Source: a candidate division WOR-3 bacterium
Lineage (GTDB): Bacteria; Hydrothermota; Tepidihabitantia; Tepidihabitantales; Tepidihabitantaceae
Length of the DNA: 64,000 nt
Reading direction: 5' to 3'
Assembly: GCA_965648905.1 (NCBI GenBank)
Contig: CBFGIT010000007.1
Location: 8,795 to 72,794 of the forward strand
Made by a program: the position numbers and the translations under genes
Shown here: one piece after another, positions 18,639-28,846 of the stretch
Layout: every line of letters begins with the position of its first letter
How positions within the stretch are numbered: the stretch's first letter is position 1
The notes under the pieces: model-generated
What the model was told of the DNA's origin: nothing
Database searches by the model: none
The model's input: only the letters and a program-made list of their open reading frames with translations

Positions 18639-20075
18639 ATGGTCCACCTATCCCGACTACTCCCCGTGTTGTCTCTTGTCATCACGGCCGCGTTGCCTGC
18701 TCAGCCGCTGGTGGACACCATTGGCCGCACGACCCGCGACCGGCAGGTCTACGGCCCGGTCCTGCGCTACATCGTCAACGACACACTAAGCGGAATCCAC
18801 GCGGTCTGGAAGGACAGCATAGGTGTAATCCGCTACAACTATCGACCCCGACGAGGCACCTGGCGCTGGACTGAAGGCGCGGTCGTCAGCGAATATCCCC
18901 GCAACCTCGGCTGTCTGGACGTTGACGTCTCAAATGGCCGAGCCATGGTCTCCTGTGACTACCTGGCCCGAGGCTTACCGACCATCAGCTTCTTCAAAGA
19001 TGAGTCGGCCGGACGGGGACGATTCCACGAGGTCAACGTCGCGACCGGCTTTCGTGAGTGCCTGGTCGGCACGACAACCTACGGTTGGTACAAGTTCATG
19101 GCGACGCGCACCGACTCCCTCTTCTTCCGTGGCGTCCTCGGACGCCAGGCAGTCGGGCCTATCGGCCCGTTCCCAGGCGGCAACCTCGCTGTATCCAAGC
19201 AGGTCGGCCGCTACGGCTGCATCTGGGCGAAGTCTGACACCCCGAACCAGCACAAGCTCTTTCTAAGACAGACTCCGAACAGCGGACAGACCTGGTATGC
19301 AACCGAGTGCCTGTCTGACTCGGTGCCGTCGCCTCTGACGCTATCACTGCTGGGCGCGTGCGCCACTTACGACAGCATCCAGATTCACCTTGTCGCCGAC
19401 CTCTATGACGGCGAGAACGTCAATCGAAGCCAGCTCTGGCACTACTGCCCGTATCTCACACCTGCCTGGAGCCTGGTACACGAGTACGCCTGCCCTGAGT
19501 CCATTCGAATTGGCGAGCTCGCCCTGGCTGCCTGCCGACCCAGCATCGGCATGGACCGCCGCCGTCGCCGGCTCTACGTAGTCTGGGAGCAGTTCGACCC
19601 GGCCAACATCGAGCCGCTGACCGGGTTGGCGCGGGCCGACATCTGGGCCAGGTGCTCGGACGACAACGGCGTGACGTGGAGCAGTGCGGTCCGACTCACT
19701 CAACCGGACAACACAAGCAAGCGCTTTCCCTGCTTGGCTGAAGTTGTTGACGACACCCTGCACATCCTGTACTTCGCCGACCGTGTTGCCGGCTGCTGGG
19801 AACAAGGCCAGGGCCCGCAGACTGACAACGCCGTCGTCTACCTGAGGAGCGCATGGGCCTGGCCTGGAGCCGTGGGTGAACCCGACCCGACCTCTGCCCG
19901 CGTCGTCAGTACGAGACCTAGCGTCTTGCACTCGAAATCACTCGACCATGACCGGATTGCAGTCTACGACCCTGCTGGTCGCCGGGTTTGGAGACCGACA
20001 ACGCCGGGCGTCTATTTCGTCATGAATGAAGCCGACGCGGGCACGCCGATTCAGCGTGTCGTCGTGACCCGCTGA
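18639..20075 (+). CDS. secreted hypothetical protein with Asp-box and T9SS/FlgD-like C-terminal tail
   Basis: Signal peptide, SDDNGVTWS Asp-box, C-terminal VYDPAGRRV...PGVYFV...RVVVTR. Confidence 0.7.
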   Translation: MVHLSRLLPVLSLVITAALPAQPLVDTIGRTTRDRQVYGPVLRYIVNDTLSGIHAVWKDSIGVIRYNYRPRRGTWRWTEGAVVSEYPRNLGCLDVDVSNGRAMVSCDYLARGLPTISFFKDESAGRGRFHEVNVATGFRECLVGTTTYGWYKFMATRTDSLFFRGVLGRQAVGPIGPFPGGNLAVSKQVGRYGCIWAKSDTPNQHKLFLRQTPNSGQTWYATECLSDSVPSPLTLSLLGACATYDSIQIHLVADLYDGENVNRSQLWHYCPYLTPAWSLVHEYACPESIRIGELALAACRPSIGMDRRRRRLYVVWEQFDPANIEPLTGLARADIWARCSDDNGVTWSSAVRLTQPDNTSKRFPCLAEVVDDTLHILYFADRVAGCWEQGQGPQTDNAVVYLRSAWAWPGAVGEPDPTSARVVSTRPSVLHSKSLDHDRIAVYDPAGRRVWRPTTPGVYFVMNEADAGTPIQRVVVTR

Positions 20076-20168
20076 CCCCGCGACGACACTGCGTCCTCGG
20101 CTCTGCTTTCGTTGACAGCCCGGCGATTGCCGCTATGCTCTGCCCACCAACCAAGCTAAGGAGTCAAA

Positions 20169-20357
20169 TTGGCAAAGCACTGTGAAGTCTGCGGCAAAGT
20201 CGGTGCCATCGGTTCGAACATCAGCCATGCCCACAACGTGACCAAACGCACCTGGGAACCAAACCTGCAGCGCGTGCGGGTCAAGCAGGACTCGACCTCA
20301 CGCCGCATCTGGGTGTGCACCCGATGCCTTCGCTCAGGCAAGGTCACCAAGGCATGA
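20169..20357 (+). CDS. rpmB: 50S ribosomal protein L28
   Basis: CEVCGK...SHAHN.TKR.W.PNLQ...CTRC; TTG start with SD AAGGAG. Confidence 0.96.
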   Translation: MAKHCEVCGKVGAIGSNISHAHNVTKRTWEPNLQRVRVKQDSTSRRIWVCTRCLRSGKVTKA

Positions 20358-20399
20358 GACAGCAGCATCTCCTGTAACCGACCACCATCTGGAGCGGAC

Positions 20400-21353
20400 A
20401 TGAAGTGTCTTATTACCGGCATCACCGGGTTCGCCGGCAGCCACCTCGCCGAGTACCTGCTCAGCCGAGGCGACTGCGAGGTCCATGGCACGGCGCGCTG
20501 GCGTGCCCGGACCGAGAACATTGACCTCATCCGCGGTCGCATCCATCTGCATCAGTGCGACATCCGCGACGCGACCGCAATGCACCACCTCATCCGTGAC
20601 CTGCGACCAGACCGTGTCTACCACCTTGCGGCCCAGAGTTTCGTACCCATGTCCTGGGTCGCACCGGCCGAGACCCTTACCACCAACATCATCGGCCAGA
20701 CGAACCTCTTCGAGGCCGTCCGAGCTGCCGACTGCGACTGCCGGATTCAACTGGCCGGCTCAAGTGAAGAATACGGCATGGTCCGGCCCGAAGAGGCCCC
20801 CATCAAAGAAACTAACCCACTCCGTCCTCTGAGTCCGTATGGCGTGAGCAAAGTCGCCCAGGACCTGATGGGCTACCAGTACCACCAGAGCTACGGCATG
20901 TTCATCGTTCGGACGCGCGGATTCAACCACACCGGCCCGCGCCGTGGAGATGTCTTCGTCACCTCCAACTTCGCACGCCAGATCGCCGAGATTGAACGCG
21001 GGCAGCGTCCTCCGGTCATCTACGTCGGCAACCTCGATGCGGTACGCGACTTCACCGACGTGCGCGACACGGTCGTCGCGTACTGCCTGGCACTGGAAAA
21101 AGGCCAGCCGGGCGAAGTATACAACGTCGCCACTGGCAGAGGCTGGAAGATTCGCGAAGTGCTTGACCTGCTCCTCAGCCTGGCCAAGGTCAAGGTCAAA
21201 GTCGAGCAGGACCCCAAACGCCTGCGGCCGAGCGATGTCGAACTGCTGCTCGGCGACCCGACCAAGCTCAAGAACCAGACCGGCTGGGAACCCAAGTACC
21301 AGTTCGAGCAGACCATGAAGGACCTGCTCGACTACTGGCGTGCCCGGGTCTGA
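20400..21353 (+). CDS. gmd: GDP-mannose 4,6-dehydratase family SDR
   Basis: GITGFAG, HLAAQSFV, SSEEYG, SPYGVSK, GNLDAVRDF. Confidence 0.8.
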   Translation: MKCLITGITGFAGSHLAEYLLSRGDCEVHGTARWRARTENIDLIRGRIHLHQCDIRDATAMHHLIRDLRPDRVYHLAAQSFVPMSWVAPAETLTTNIIGQTNLFEAVRAADCDCRIQLAGSSEEYGMVRPEEAPIKETNPLRPLSPYGVSKVAQDLMGYQYHQSYGMFIVRTRGFNHTGPRRGDVFVTSNFARQIAEIERGQRPPVIYVGNLDAVRDFTDVRDTVVAYCLALEKGQPGEVYNVATGRGWKIREVLDLLLSLAKVKVKVEQDPKRLRPSDVELLLGDPTKLKNQTGWEPKYQFEQTMKDLLDYWRARV

Positions 21354-21389
21354 GCGCTTTCTAGCTCTGGTCGTGGTAGACAACCGGGT

Positions 21390-22319
21390 ATGAGTCAGGT
21401 TCTCATCACCGGCATCGAGGGCTTTGTCGGCGCCCATCTGGCACGCCGTCTTGCCGCGGACGGACATGCCGTGTTCGGCCTGCACTGGGCCGAACCCAAG
21501 GAGCAGCTACCGGCCGATCTCTACCAGGGCAACGTCTGCGACTTCGAGAACACCAGGTCCCTGCTCAGCCAGACCCGGCCGGACAGTATCATTCACCTAG
21601 CCGGCCTCAGTTCGGTTGCCGCGTCCGAGACTCATACTCTCGCCACCTACGACGTCAACGCGTTGGGAACGCTCAAACTGCTTGAGGCGGTGCGCCAGCT
21701 CGGTCTTCAGTGCCGCGTCGTGCTCATCTCATCGGCCGACGTCTACGGTCGCTCCAATGTCGGTCGACCACTGACTGAAGACGACCCGCCTCTGCCCTTG
21801 AGCCCTTACGCGCTGAGCAAACTGATGACCGGCGAAGCCGGCCGATTCTTCCACCGCACTTATGGCATGGACGTGGTCATCCTTCGCCCATTCAGCCACA
21901 CCGGTCCCGGACAGGCTGCGGACTTCATCTTCCCCAAGGTCGCCAGCGGCATCGCCGACATCGAACGCGGCCGACGCGAACCAGTGATTGAAATGGGTAA
22001 CCTCGATGTCAGGCGTGACTACACTGACGTGCGGGACGTGGTTCGCGCCTACTCCCTTGCCCTGAATCGCTGCACGGCCGGCGAGTCCTACAACGTCACG
22101 TCAGGCAGGCCGGTCGTCCTCTGCGACGGCGTCAACACCCTGGTTCGGATGGCCCGTGTGCCGGTCACAGTCAAGAGCTCGCCTGCCCGGTTCCGACCGC
22201 ACGACATCCCGGTCCTCACCGGTGACCCGACCAAGTTCCACCAGGCCACTGGCTGGCAACCCGAGATTCCCTTCGACCAGACCTTGCGCGACCTGCTCGA
22301 ATACTACCGGTCAAGATAG
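21390..22319 (+). CDS. GDP-4-keto-6-deoxymannose reductase-like SDR (Rmd-like)
   Basis: Paralog of upstream gene; SSADVYG lacks the dehydratase Glu; SPYALSK; HTGPGQ. Confidence 0.65.
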   Translation: MSQVLITGIEGFVGAHLARRLAADGHAVFGLHWAEPKEQLPADLYQGNVCDFENTRSLLSQTRPDSIIHLAGLSSVAASETHTLATYDVNALGTLKLLEAVRQLGLQCRVVLISSADVYGRSNVGRPLTEDDPPLPLSPYALSKLMTGEAGRFFHRTYGMDVVILRPFSHTGPGQAADFIFPKVASGIADIERGRREPVIEMGNLDVRRDYTDVRDVVRAYSLALNRCTAGESYNVTSGRPVVLCDGVNTLVRMARVPVTVKSSPARFRPHDIPVLTGDPTKFHQATGWQPEIPFDQTLRDLLEYYRSR

Positions 22320-22352
22320 CTGGAGGCAGACGCTTCCAACCTGTTCTCGACA

Positions 22353-23204
22353 ATGAAACTCAGCATCGTCATCGTTACCTGGAACAGCGCCGCGGACATC
22401 GAGGCGTGCATCGACTCAATCAACTCCGAGCATCAGTTCGAGACAATCGTCGTTGACAACTCCTCAACCGACGAGACCTTGGACAAGCTCGGCCGATACC
22501 ACCACCTCAAGGTCATCAAGAACAATACCAACACCGGTTATGCCCATGCCAACAACCAGGGTATCGAGCGCGCGGCGGGCGACTACGTCCTGCTGCTTAA
22601 TCCTGATACCCGGGTCGAACTCGGTGCACTCGATGTCCTCGCTGGTTTTCTCGACGCCCACCCGGAAGTCGCTGCGGTCGCGCCGCGCCTGGTCAACCCG
22701 GATGGTTCAACCCAAGACTCAATCCGCTCCCTGCCGACTGCGGGCACGGTGCTGGCCGAAGTCCTGGGGCTCTCGCGCCTGTTCTCCAAGAGCCGTGCGC
22801 TCGGCCGTTGGCGGATGCGTCACTTCGACTACGAACACCCGACACCAGTCGAGCAGCCGATGGCCTCGTGTCTGATGTTCCGCCGGACCGTGTTCGAAAC
22901 GCTGGGCGGGTTTGACGAGCGATTCCCCTTTCTCTATAACGACGTTGACCTCTCCAGGCGGATGGCAGATGCCGGTCTGAAGACCATGTACCTGCCGGCT
23001 GCACGGGTGGTGCACAAGCGTGGTTCCAGCACCTCCAAAGTCAGGGTCAAGATGATATGGGAGACGCACCGCTCTTTGTTCCGCTACCTGGCAAAGCACG
23101 ACCGGTCCGGCCTGTTCCCGCTCAAGGCGGTGGTCCTTCTGCCCCTGCTCGAACTCGCTGCCCTCATCCGTGTCCTTTCGCTCAGGCTGCACCGGCGAGA
23201 CTAG
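22353..23204 (+). CDS. glycosyltransferase family 2 (WbbL-like)
   Basis: SIVIVTWN, VVDNSSTD, ANNQG, LLNPDT, GFDERF. Confidence 0.9.
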   Translation: MKLSIVIVTWNSAADIEACIDSINSEHQFETIVVDNSSTDETLDKLGRYHHLKVIKNNTNTGYAHANNQGIERAAGDYVLLLNPDTRVELGALDVLAGFLDAHPEVAAVAPRLVNPDGSTQDSIRSLPTAGTVLAEVLGLSRLFSKSRALGRWRMRHFDYEHPTPVEQPMASCLMFRRTVFETLGGFDERFPFLYNDVDLSRRMADAGLKTMYLPAARVVHKRGSSTSKVRVKMIWETHRSLFRYLAKHDRSGLFPLKAVVLLPLLELAALIRVLSLRLHRRD

Positions 23205-23872
23205 CCGGCAGCCTCCCGAGCTTCATCTCCCGTCAAGACCGCGGTCGAAGCGCTGACCGTATCAGTCGCCCGTGAGGCAGGCGAAGAGCGGCGTGCGCCC
23301 CTTCGCTTGCGGCCTGCGCTTCAGGCGCCAACTGACAGACTGCGCCTTGGCTAAGCTCCGGGCCGTTGGGTATCTAGCCTAAGTCGCGTATTCCTAAGAC
23401 GTAGTCCCACAAGCAGCGTCCCGAGACTGCCCTTGACTCCGGTGTCGGGAGCGACTCCGGGAATCACTCCCCCTGTCAGGCCTGCGAGCAAGCGCCAAGG
23501 CGCGTCTGCTGCGGGTTCAACCCGCAGTCTGGCCAACGCGCACGCGAACGAGATGCGGGCCACGCAGAATGGCAGGGCGGTCAGCAAACGCTTGAGCAGA
23601 CGGGGTTGCAGGTTCGCGGGCGCGCCCAATTACGTGCTGGAATCCGGGCCTGAGGCCGGAACCGAGAACGAGTATCAGAGCAACACCGGAACCGAAACAC
23701 AAGTCAATCGCTGTCGATTACCCGGCCGCGGTTGCTGCGCCCTCCCAGGTCGCCAGGAACTGCGGCCCGAGACTCCGGTACTCCACGACACCATCGCCGT
23801 GCGGTCGCCGAGGCAACGCGGACTGTTGACCATGGACCAAACCTTGGTAAGATTTGCTCCCCACTGACATCG

Positions 23873-24364
23873 ATGCGAACCGTCCTAATCCTGTGCTGCT
23901 TTGTGCTGAGCTTCTCTGAAGCTGAGCCCGGCTATGTCTCCATTACCGCCGATTCGATGCCGGCCGAGGTCTACCTCGACGCTACGACGGTCTTGCTCGA
24001 ACACGGACCGGTCGTGGTCGAGGCAGCGCCGGGCAAGCACTTCGTCAGCCTGTTTCCGCCGGCAAAGGTCTATCAGGCAGCTTATGACCATGCGCCTGAG
24101 CACTTCTGGGAAAAGCTGCGCGGCCTCGGGGCTGTGCCGGACCGTCCCCGGCTCCTGTCGAGCTATGAAGCCGGATCGATTCGAGCCGGAACCCAATGGG
24201 TCTATGTCACGCCCGAGGATACGACCCCGGTCAGTTTGTCCCGGGCCGAAGTTAGAAGAATCTACCAGCGTGACGCCGGCTGCGTGATGCGCACCTTCTT
24301 GGGCTGGGCCGTCCTGGTTGGGGCCGCGATGATCGCCAGCGTCATGCTGGCGACGCTCGGCTAG
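23873..24364 (+). CDS. hypothetical exported protein with C-terminal membrane anchor (PEGA-like start)
   Basis: Signal peptide, SITADSMPAEVYLD, C-terminal TM; promoter TTGACC-N16-TAAGAT at 23826-23853. Confidence 0.6.
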   Translation: MRTVLILCCFVLSFSEAEPGYVSITADSMPAEVYLDATTVLLEHGPVVVEAAPGKHFVSLFPPAKVYQAAYDHAPEHFWEKLRGLGAVPDRPRLLSSYEAGSIRAGTQWVYVTPEDTTPVSLSRAEVRRIYQRDAGCVMRTFLGWAVLVGAAMIASVMLATLG

Positions 24365-24413
24365 CCGCAGCCTCCTGACTCCAGCCGCCACCGTCCGGGT
24401 TTGCGAACAAGAA

Positions 24414-24433
24414 AGCGGCGGTTGTCCGCCGCT
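24414..24433 (-). terminator. intrinsic terminator after tRNA-Glu
   Basis: AGCGGCGG/CCGCCGCT stem followed by TTCTTGTT on the minus strand. Confidence 0.6.
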
Positions 24434-24436
24434 GGA

Positions 24437-24511
24437 TAGCCCCATGGGGATTTGAACCCCAGTCTTCTGGCTGAGAACCAGATGTCCTGGGCCAGGCTAG
24501 ACGATGGGGCC
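24437..24511 (-). tRNA. tRNA-Glu(CTC)
   Basis: Minus strand GGCCCCATCGTCTAGCCTGGCCCAGGAC, anticodon arm TCTGG-TTCTCAG-CCAGA, GTTCAAAT. Confidence 0.95.
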
Positions 24512-24571
24512 GCTCAAGAAACTGTCACGAATCAGGACGTCGCCGTTGGGACCAGAGGCCACCGGGCGCGG

Positions 24572-25141
24572 CTAGGCTTGAGTGCCGGCCGCCCGCTTGC
24601 CGGCCTTCTTCCTGACCCGCTCGCCTCGATAACGCACGCCCTTGCCCCGATACACATCCGGGGGCTTGATTGCCCGAATCTCCGCGGCAACCTCGCCCAC
24701 TGCCTGCCGGCTTATGCCCTTGACGGTAATCTCGAACATCTGTTCCTTGGTATCGTCCGGATTCGGCACCTGATTCACTTCAAAGGTGATGCCGCCAAGG
24801 GTCGGGAAGTTGACCGGATGGGAGTAGCCACAAGAGACCTGAATGCCTTCCTTGGTCTTCTGGACACGGTAACCCATACCGCGCACCTCGACCGTCTTCT
24901 CAAATCCCCGGGCCACCCCGGCAAATGCGTTCAGGATGTTAGCCCGGGCCGAGCCGACGTGACACTGCGCCCGGTCATCGCTCCCTTGCACTGTCACCCT
25001 GCCGCTCTCAATCGTGACCATTACGTCAGATCGAAGTGGAATCTCGATCGTCCCGAGTTTGCCTTTGACCGTCAGAGCCCCTCGCTGGACGCTGACTTCC
25101 ACACCGGCCGGTATCACAAGCGGACGATAAGTCTTTGCCAT
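24572..25141 (-). CDS. rplF: 50S ribosomal protein L6
   Basis: GMGYR, GYSHP, PPDVYRGKGVRY, KKAGK. Confidence 0.95.
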   Translation of the reverse strand: MAKTYRPLVIPAGVEVSVQRGALTVKGKLGTIEIPLRSDVMVTIESGRVTVQGSDDRAQCHVGSARANILNAFAGVARGFEKTVEVRGMGYRVQKTKEGIQVSCGYSHPVNFPTLGGITFEVNQVPNPDDTKEQMFEITVKGISRQAVGEVAAEIRAIKPPDVYRGKGVRYRGERVRKKAGKRAAGTQA

Positions 25142-25143
25142 TG

Positions 25144-25533
25144 CTACCAGACCCTGCAGAGTACTTCACCGCCGACCCGCTTGCGCCGGGCCTCGCGGTC
25201 GGTGATAACACCCCGTGGTGTCGAGACGATCGCCACACCCAGACCACCGATTACCCGGGGAACCTCGTCGGCGCCAACGTAGACCCGCCGACTCTGCCGC
25301 GAGACCAGCTCAAGGCCACGGATGACCGACGCGCCGCCGTCTTCGTACTTCAGCGTGATGATGAGCCGACGGCCGGTTCCCTCACCGTCGACCTGGAAAT
25401 TGCTGACAAAGCCCTCTTCCATCAGCACACGCGCAACCTCGTACTTGAGGCGCGAGAACGGAACGACGACTTCCTTCTGCCGGCTGCGCAAACCGTTCCT
25501 GATCCGGGTCAGGAAATCAGCGAACGTGTCCAA
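25144..25533 (-). CDS. rpsH: 30S ribosomal protein S8
   Basis: ADFLTRIRN, GGLGVAIVSTPRG, GGEVLC. Confidence 0.97.
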   Translation of the reverse strand: MDTFADFLTRIRNGLRSRQKEVVVPFSRLKYEVARVLMEEGFVSNFQVDGEGTGRRLIITLKYEDGGASVIRGLELVSRQSRRVYVGADEVPRVIGGLGVAIVSTPRGVITDREARRKRVGGEVLCRVW

Positions 25534-25545
25534 TCCTGCTCCTCA

Positions 25546-25731
25546 CTACCAAGTCGCCTTGCGCACACCCGGAATCTCACCCCGCAGCGCCAGCTCGCGG
25601 AAGCAGAGCCGGCACAGGGCAAACTTGCGGTAGACCGCCCGGCTCCGGTAACACCGCTGACATCGGTTGTGCCGGCGCACGGGGAACTTGGGTGTACGCT
25701 GGGCCTTCACAATCCAGCATCGTCGTGCCAT
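25546..25731 (-). CDS. rpsN: 30S ribosomal protein S14 (Zn-binding type)
   Basis: 61 aa, CQRC...[15 protein letters not shown]. Confidence 0.96.
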   Translation of the reverse strand: MARRCWIVKAQRTPKFPVRRHNRCQRCYRSRAVYRKFALCRLCFRELALRGEIPGVRKATW

Positions 25732-25733
25732 CG

Positions 25734-26285
25734 CTACTTCTCCCGACGGAACGGCAGCCCCAGCTCCTCAAGCAGCGCTCGGGCCTCGTCGTCGTGCCGT
25801 GCCGACGTCTGAAAAGTTATGTTCATGCCAAAAACCTTCTTCACTTTCGATACCTCAACCTCCGGGAAAACAACCTGCTCCTGGAGTCCCAGGCTGTAGC
25901 CGCCTCGACCGTCGAACGCATCCGCCGAGAAACCCCGGAAGTCTCGAATCTGAGGAGCCGCGAAATTGAAGAACCGGTCAATGAACTCGTACATCCGGTC
26001 GCCGCGCAGTGTCACCTTCAATCCAATCGGCATTCCCTGCCGGATCTTGAAGGCCGAAATTGCCCGTTTCGCATGGGTACGCAGCGGCTTCTGCCCGGTG
26101 ACCGCGCCGATGTCGTCGGCCATCGAGTCCAGCACCTTGGCGTCGGCCACGGCATCCTTGGTCGTCACATTGACAACGACCTTCTCCAGCCGTGGCACCT
26201 GATGGACGTTCCGATAGCCGAAACGCTTGATCAACGCCGGCACGATCCGTTTTCGGTAGTCCTGTTTCAGTCGTGGTTCGCTCAT
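25734..26285 (-). CDS. rplE: 50S ribosomal protein L5
   Basis: [26 protein letters not shown]. Confidence 0.97.
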   Translation of the reverse strand: MSEPRLKQDYRKRIVPALIKRFGYRNVHQVPRLEKVVVNVTTKDAVADAKVLDSMADDIGAVTGQKPLRTHAKRAISAFKIRQGMPIGLKVTLRGDRMYEFIDRFFNFAAPQIRDFRGFSADAFDGRGGYSLGLQEQVVFPEVEVSKVKKVFGMNITFQTSARHDDEARALLEELGLPFRREK

Positions 26286-26605
26286 GCGTCGATTATCTCG
26301 TCACACTGTCGACAGATTCGAACGTATCTGCCCTCGTGTGGTTCACGTCGGACTCTGGTCTTCTTGCCGCACTTCGGGCACAGCAACATGACGTTCGAAG
26401 CATCAATCGCGTTGGGCAGGTCCACTATCCCGCCCGGTTTACCCGCACCCCGGGTCCGCTGGTGCTTCTTGGCGAGCATCAGACCTTCAACAATGACCCG
26501 GGTGATGCCGGTCTTGCGCGACCTGGTAACACGGAGTATCTTGCCGCGTCGCCCGCGCTCCTCGCCGGTTATCGCCTCAACAAGGTCGCCCTTTCGCAGA
26601 TTCAT
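26282..26605 (-). CDS. rplX: 50S ribosomal protein L24
   Basis: KGDLV KOW motif, SNVMLLCPKC. Confidence 0.95.
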   Translation of the reverse strand: MNLRKGDLVEAITGEERGRRGKILRVTRSRKTGITRVIVEGLMLAKKHQRTRGAGKPGGIVDLPNAIDASNVMLLCPKCGKKTRVRREPHEGRYVRICRQCDEIIDA

Positions 26606-26974
26606 CTAGACAACCTCCGCGGCCAGCGAGGCAATCTTCATGAACTTCCGCTCGCGCAACTCGCGTGCGACCGGACCGAACACACGCGTGCCCTTAGGCT
26701 CGCCCTTGTCGTCCACCAGCACGCACGCATTGTCGTCAAACCGGACGTACGTGCCGTCCGGACGCCGATGCTCCTTGCGCGTCCGCACGACCACCGCCTT
26801 CGACTTATCGCCCGACTTGATTGGCCCGTTGGGGATGGCATCCTTGATTGCCACCAGCACCGTGTCGCCCAGCCAGCCGAAGCGCCGGTGCGAACCACCG
26901 TAGACCTTGATGACCATCGCCACGCGGGCACCGGAATTGTCGGCCACAGTCAAACGGCTGTATTCCTGAATCAT
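26606..26974 (-). CDS. rplN: 50S ribosomal protein L14
   Basis: [24 protein letters not shown]. Confidence 0.98.
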   Translation of the reverse strand: MIQEYSRLTVADNSGARVAMVIKVYGGSHRRFGWLGDTVLVAIKDAIPNGPIKSGDKSKAVVVRTRKEHRRPDGTYVRFDDNACVLVDDKGEPKGTRVFGPVARELRERKFMKIASLAAEVV

Positions 26975-27210
26975 GTTCGCTTCACCACTCGCCAGCGCTT
27001 CAGTCTCGAAAGCGGCCTGGTCTCGGAGAGCACCACCCGGTCACCGGGCTGGCACTCGTCCTTCTCGTCATGGGCGTAGAGCTTGGTCCGCTGCCGGACA
27101 TACTTCTTGTACTTCGGATGCAGCACCAGCCGCTCGACCGCCACGACCACCGTCTTCTGCATCTTGGCCGACAGGACAACCCCGGTAATCTGACGGCTGG
27201 CCCGGTTCAT
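26971..27210 (-). CDS. rpsQ: 30S ribosomal protein S17
   Basis: [20 protein letters not shown]; start moved to ATG 27210. Confidence 0.96.
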   Translation of the reverse strand: MNRASRQITGVVLSAKMQKTVVVAVERLVLHPKYKKYVRQRTKLYAHDEKDECQPGDRVVLSETRPLSRLKRWRVVKRT

Positions 27211-27428
27211 GAAGTCCGCTCCTGGGCCGATTCCGACGCCGCCTGTTTCTTGTCCGCAAGCACGGTAATACATCGGGCGACGTCCCGACGCAGCATGCGC
27301 AGGCGCAGCGGGTTAGGCAGCGACTCACCCGCCCGACGCAGCCTGAGCTTAAGCAACTCATCACGCAGCTCGGCCAGTCGCCGGGTCAACTCTTCACTGC
27401 TCATCTCTCGCAGGTCAGAAGCCTTCAC
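27207..27428 (-). CDS. rpmC: 50S ribosomal protein L29
   Basis: MKASDLR...LRRDVAR; position in S10 operon. Confidence 0.93.
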   Translation of the reverse strand: MKASDLREMSSEELTRRLAELRDELLKLRLRRAGESLPNPLRLRMLRRDVARCITVLADKKQAASESAQERTS

Positions 27429-27843
27429 AGGTCATCTCCTCGCGTTCGACCATTCTGGTCCGACACGGCATCTTCGAGCCGGCCAGACGCAGGGCAGCGA
27501 CCGCCTCATTGGACGGCAGCCCGCCGAGCTCGAACATCACGGTACCCGGCTTGACGACCGCCACCCAGAACTCAGGCGTGCCCTTGCCCTTACCCATGCG
27601 TGACTCAGCCGCCTTCTTCGAAACCGGCTTGTCCGGGAAAATCCGTATCCACAGCTTGCCGGTTCGTTTCAGCGACTTGGACAGACAGATGCGTGCCGCC
27701 TCAATCTGGCGGGCCGTCACCCAGCACGGCTCGAGCGCCATCAAGCCGTGCTCGCCAAAGTCAACACGGTTGGCCCGCGTCGCCTTGCCCTTCATTCGAC
27801 CGCGCTGGGCCCGCCGGTACTTGACCCGCTTCGGCATCAACAT
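27415..27843 (-). CDS. rplP: 50S ribosomal protein L16
   Basis: [23 protein letters not shown]. Confidence 0.98.
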   Translation of the reverse strand: MLMPKRVKYRRAQRGRMKGKATRANRVDFGEHGLMALEPCWVTARQIEAARICLSKSLKRTGKLWIRIFPDKPVSKKAAESRMGKGKGTPEFWVAVVKPGTVMFELGGLPSNEAVAALRLAGSKMPCRTRMVEREEMTCEGF

Positions 27844-27846
27844 CGT

Positions 27847-28482
27847 CTACCTCGCTGTGGGCGCGATCTCGCCCTTGAAAATCCATACCTTGACGCCGCA
27901 AGTGCCCGCAATCGTCTTTGCAACGTCCACCGCATAGTCAACGTCGGCACGCAGCGTGTGGAGCGGCACGCGGCCTTCGCGGTACCATTCCGACCGTGCG
28001 ATTTCCGCTCCACCCAGGCGACCGGCAACCATCACCTTGATGCCCTGAGCACCAAGCCGCAGGGCCTGGGTAACAGCCCGCTTCATCGCTCGACGATGAG
28101 CCACGCGCTGCTCAAGCTGACGGGCAATCGACTGCGCGACCAGTCGCGCCTCAAGCTCCGGCACCCGCACGACCTCGACCATGATCTGAACGTCGCGACC
28201 GATCAATCGCTTCATCTCCTCACGCAGATTGTCGAGCGCCTGACGCCGTGTGCCGAAGACCATCCCCGGTCGGGCCGTGAAGATCGTAACGGTCGTGCGA
28301 TTGGCGACCCGTTTGATCTGGATGTCGGACACCATCGCGTCGGCGAGCTTGGCCTCAATGTAGCGCCTGATTCGCAGGTCCTCGTGCAGATACTCGACGA
28401 ACTTCTTCTTCTCGAACCAGGCCGACTTCCAGTTCTTGGTAATACCCAGACGGAAGCCGAGCGGGTGCGTCTTCTGACCCAT
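27847..28482 (-). CDS. rpsC: 30S ribosomal protein S3
   Basis: [33 protein letters not shown]. Confidence 0.98.
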   Translation of the reverse strand: MGQKTHPLGFRLGITKNWKSAWFEKKKFVEYLHEDLRIRRYIEAKLADAMVSDIQIKRVANRTTVTIFTARPGMVFGTRRQALDNLREEMKRLIGRDVQIMVEVVRVPELEARLVAQSIARQLEQRVAHRRAMKRAVTQALRLGAQGIKVMVAGRLGGAEIARSEWYREGRVPLHTLRADVDYAVDVAKTIAGTCGVKVWIFKGEIAPTAR

Positions 28483-28483
28483 C

Positions 28484-28846
28484 TTAGGCCTTTGCTCCTT
28501 GTCTCGTTGCCACCCGAACCTCGATGTGGACCGACCGCCGGCGAATCGGCGTGGCCATGCCGCGGGGACCGGGATTCCAGCGCTTCGCCGTCGGCCCCTG
28601 ATTCACCAGAACCTCGGTCACGACCAGGTCTGATTCCTTCAGTTTGGCCTTACCGGCTTTCAGAATCGCGTTTGCCACGGCCGAACGAAGCGCCTTCATC
28701 ACCGGCGCTTTGGTCGGCTTGGCCAGGAAGGCCATGGTGCGCAGCGCGGTCGGGACGTCCTGGCCCCGAATCAATGCCGCCACCAGCCCCAGCTTCTTGG
28801 CCGAACCCGGCTGGAATCGACTCTTCGCGACCGCCTCAATCATCAA
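28484..28846 (-). CDS. rplV: 50S ribosomal protein L22
   Basis: SAVANA, VNQGP; position in operon. Confidence 0.95.
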   Translation of the reverse strand: MMIEAVAKSRFQPGSAKKLGLVAALIRGQDVPTALRTMAFLAKPTKAPVMKALRSAVANAILKAGKAKLKESDLVVTEVLVNQGPTAKRWNPGPRGMATPIRRRSVHIEVRVATRQGAKA

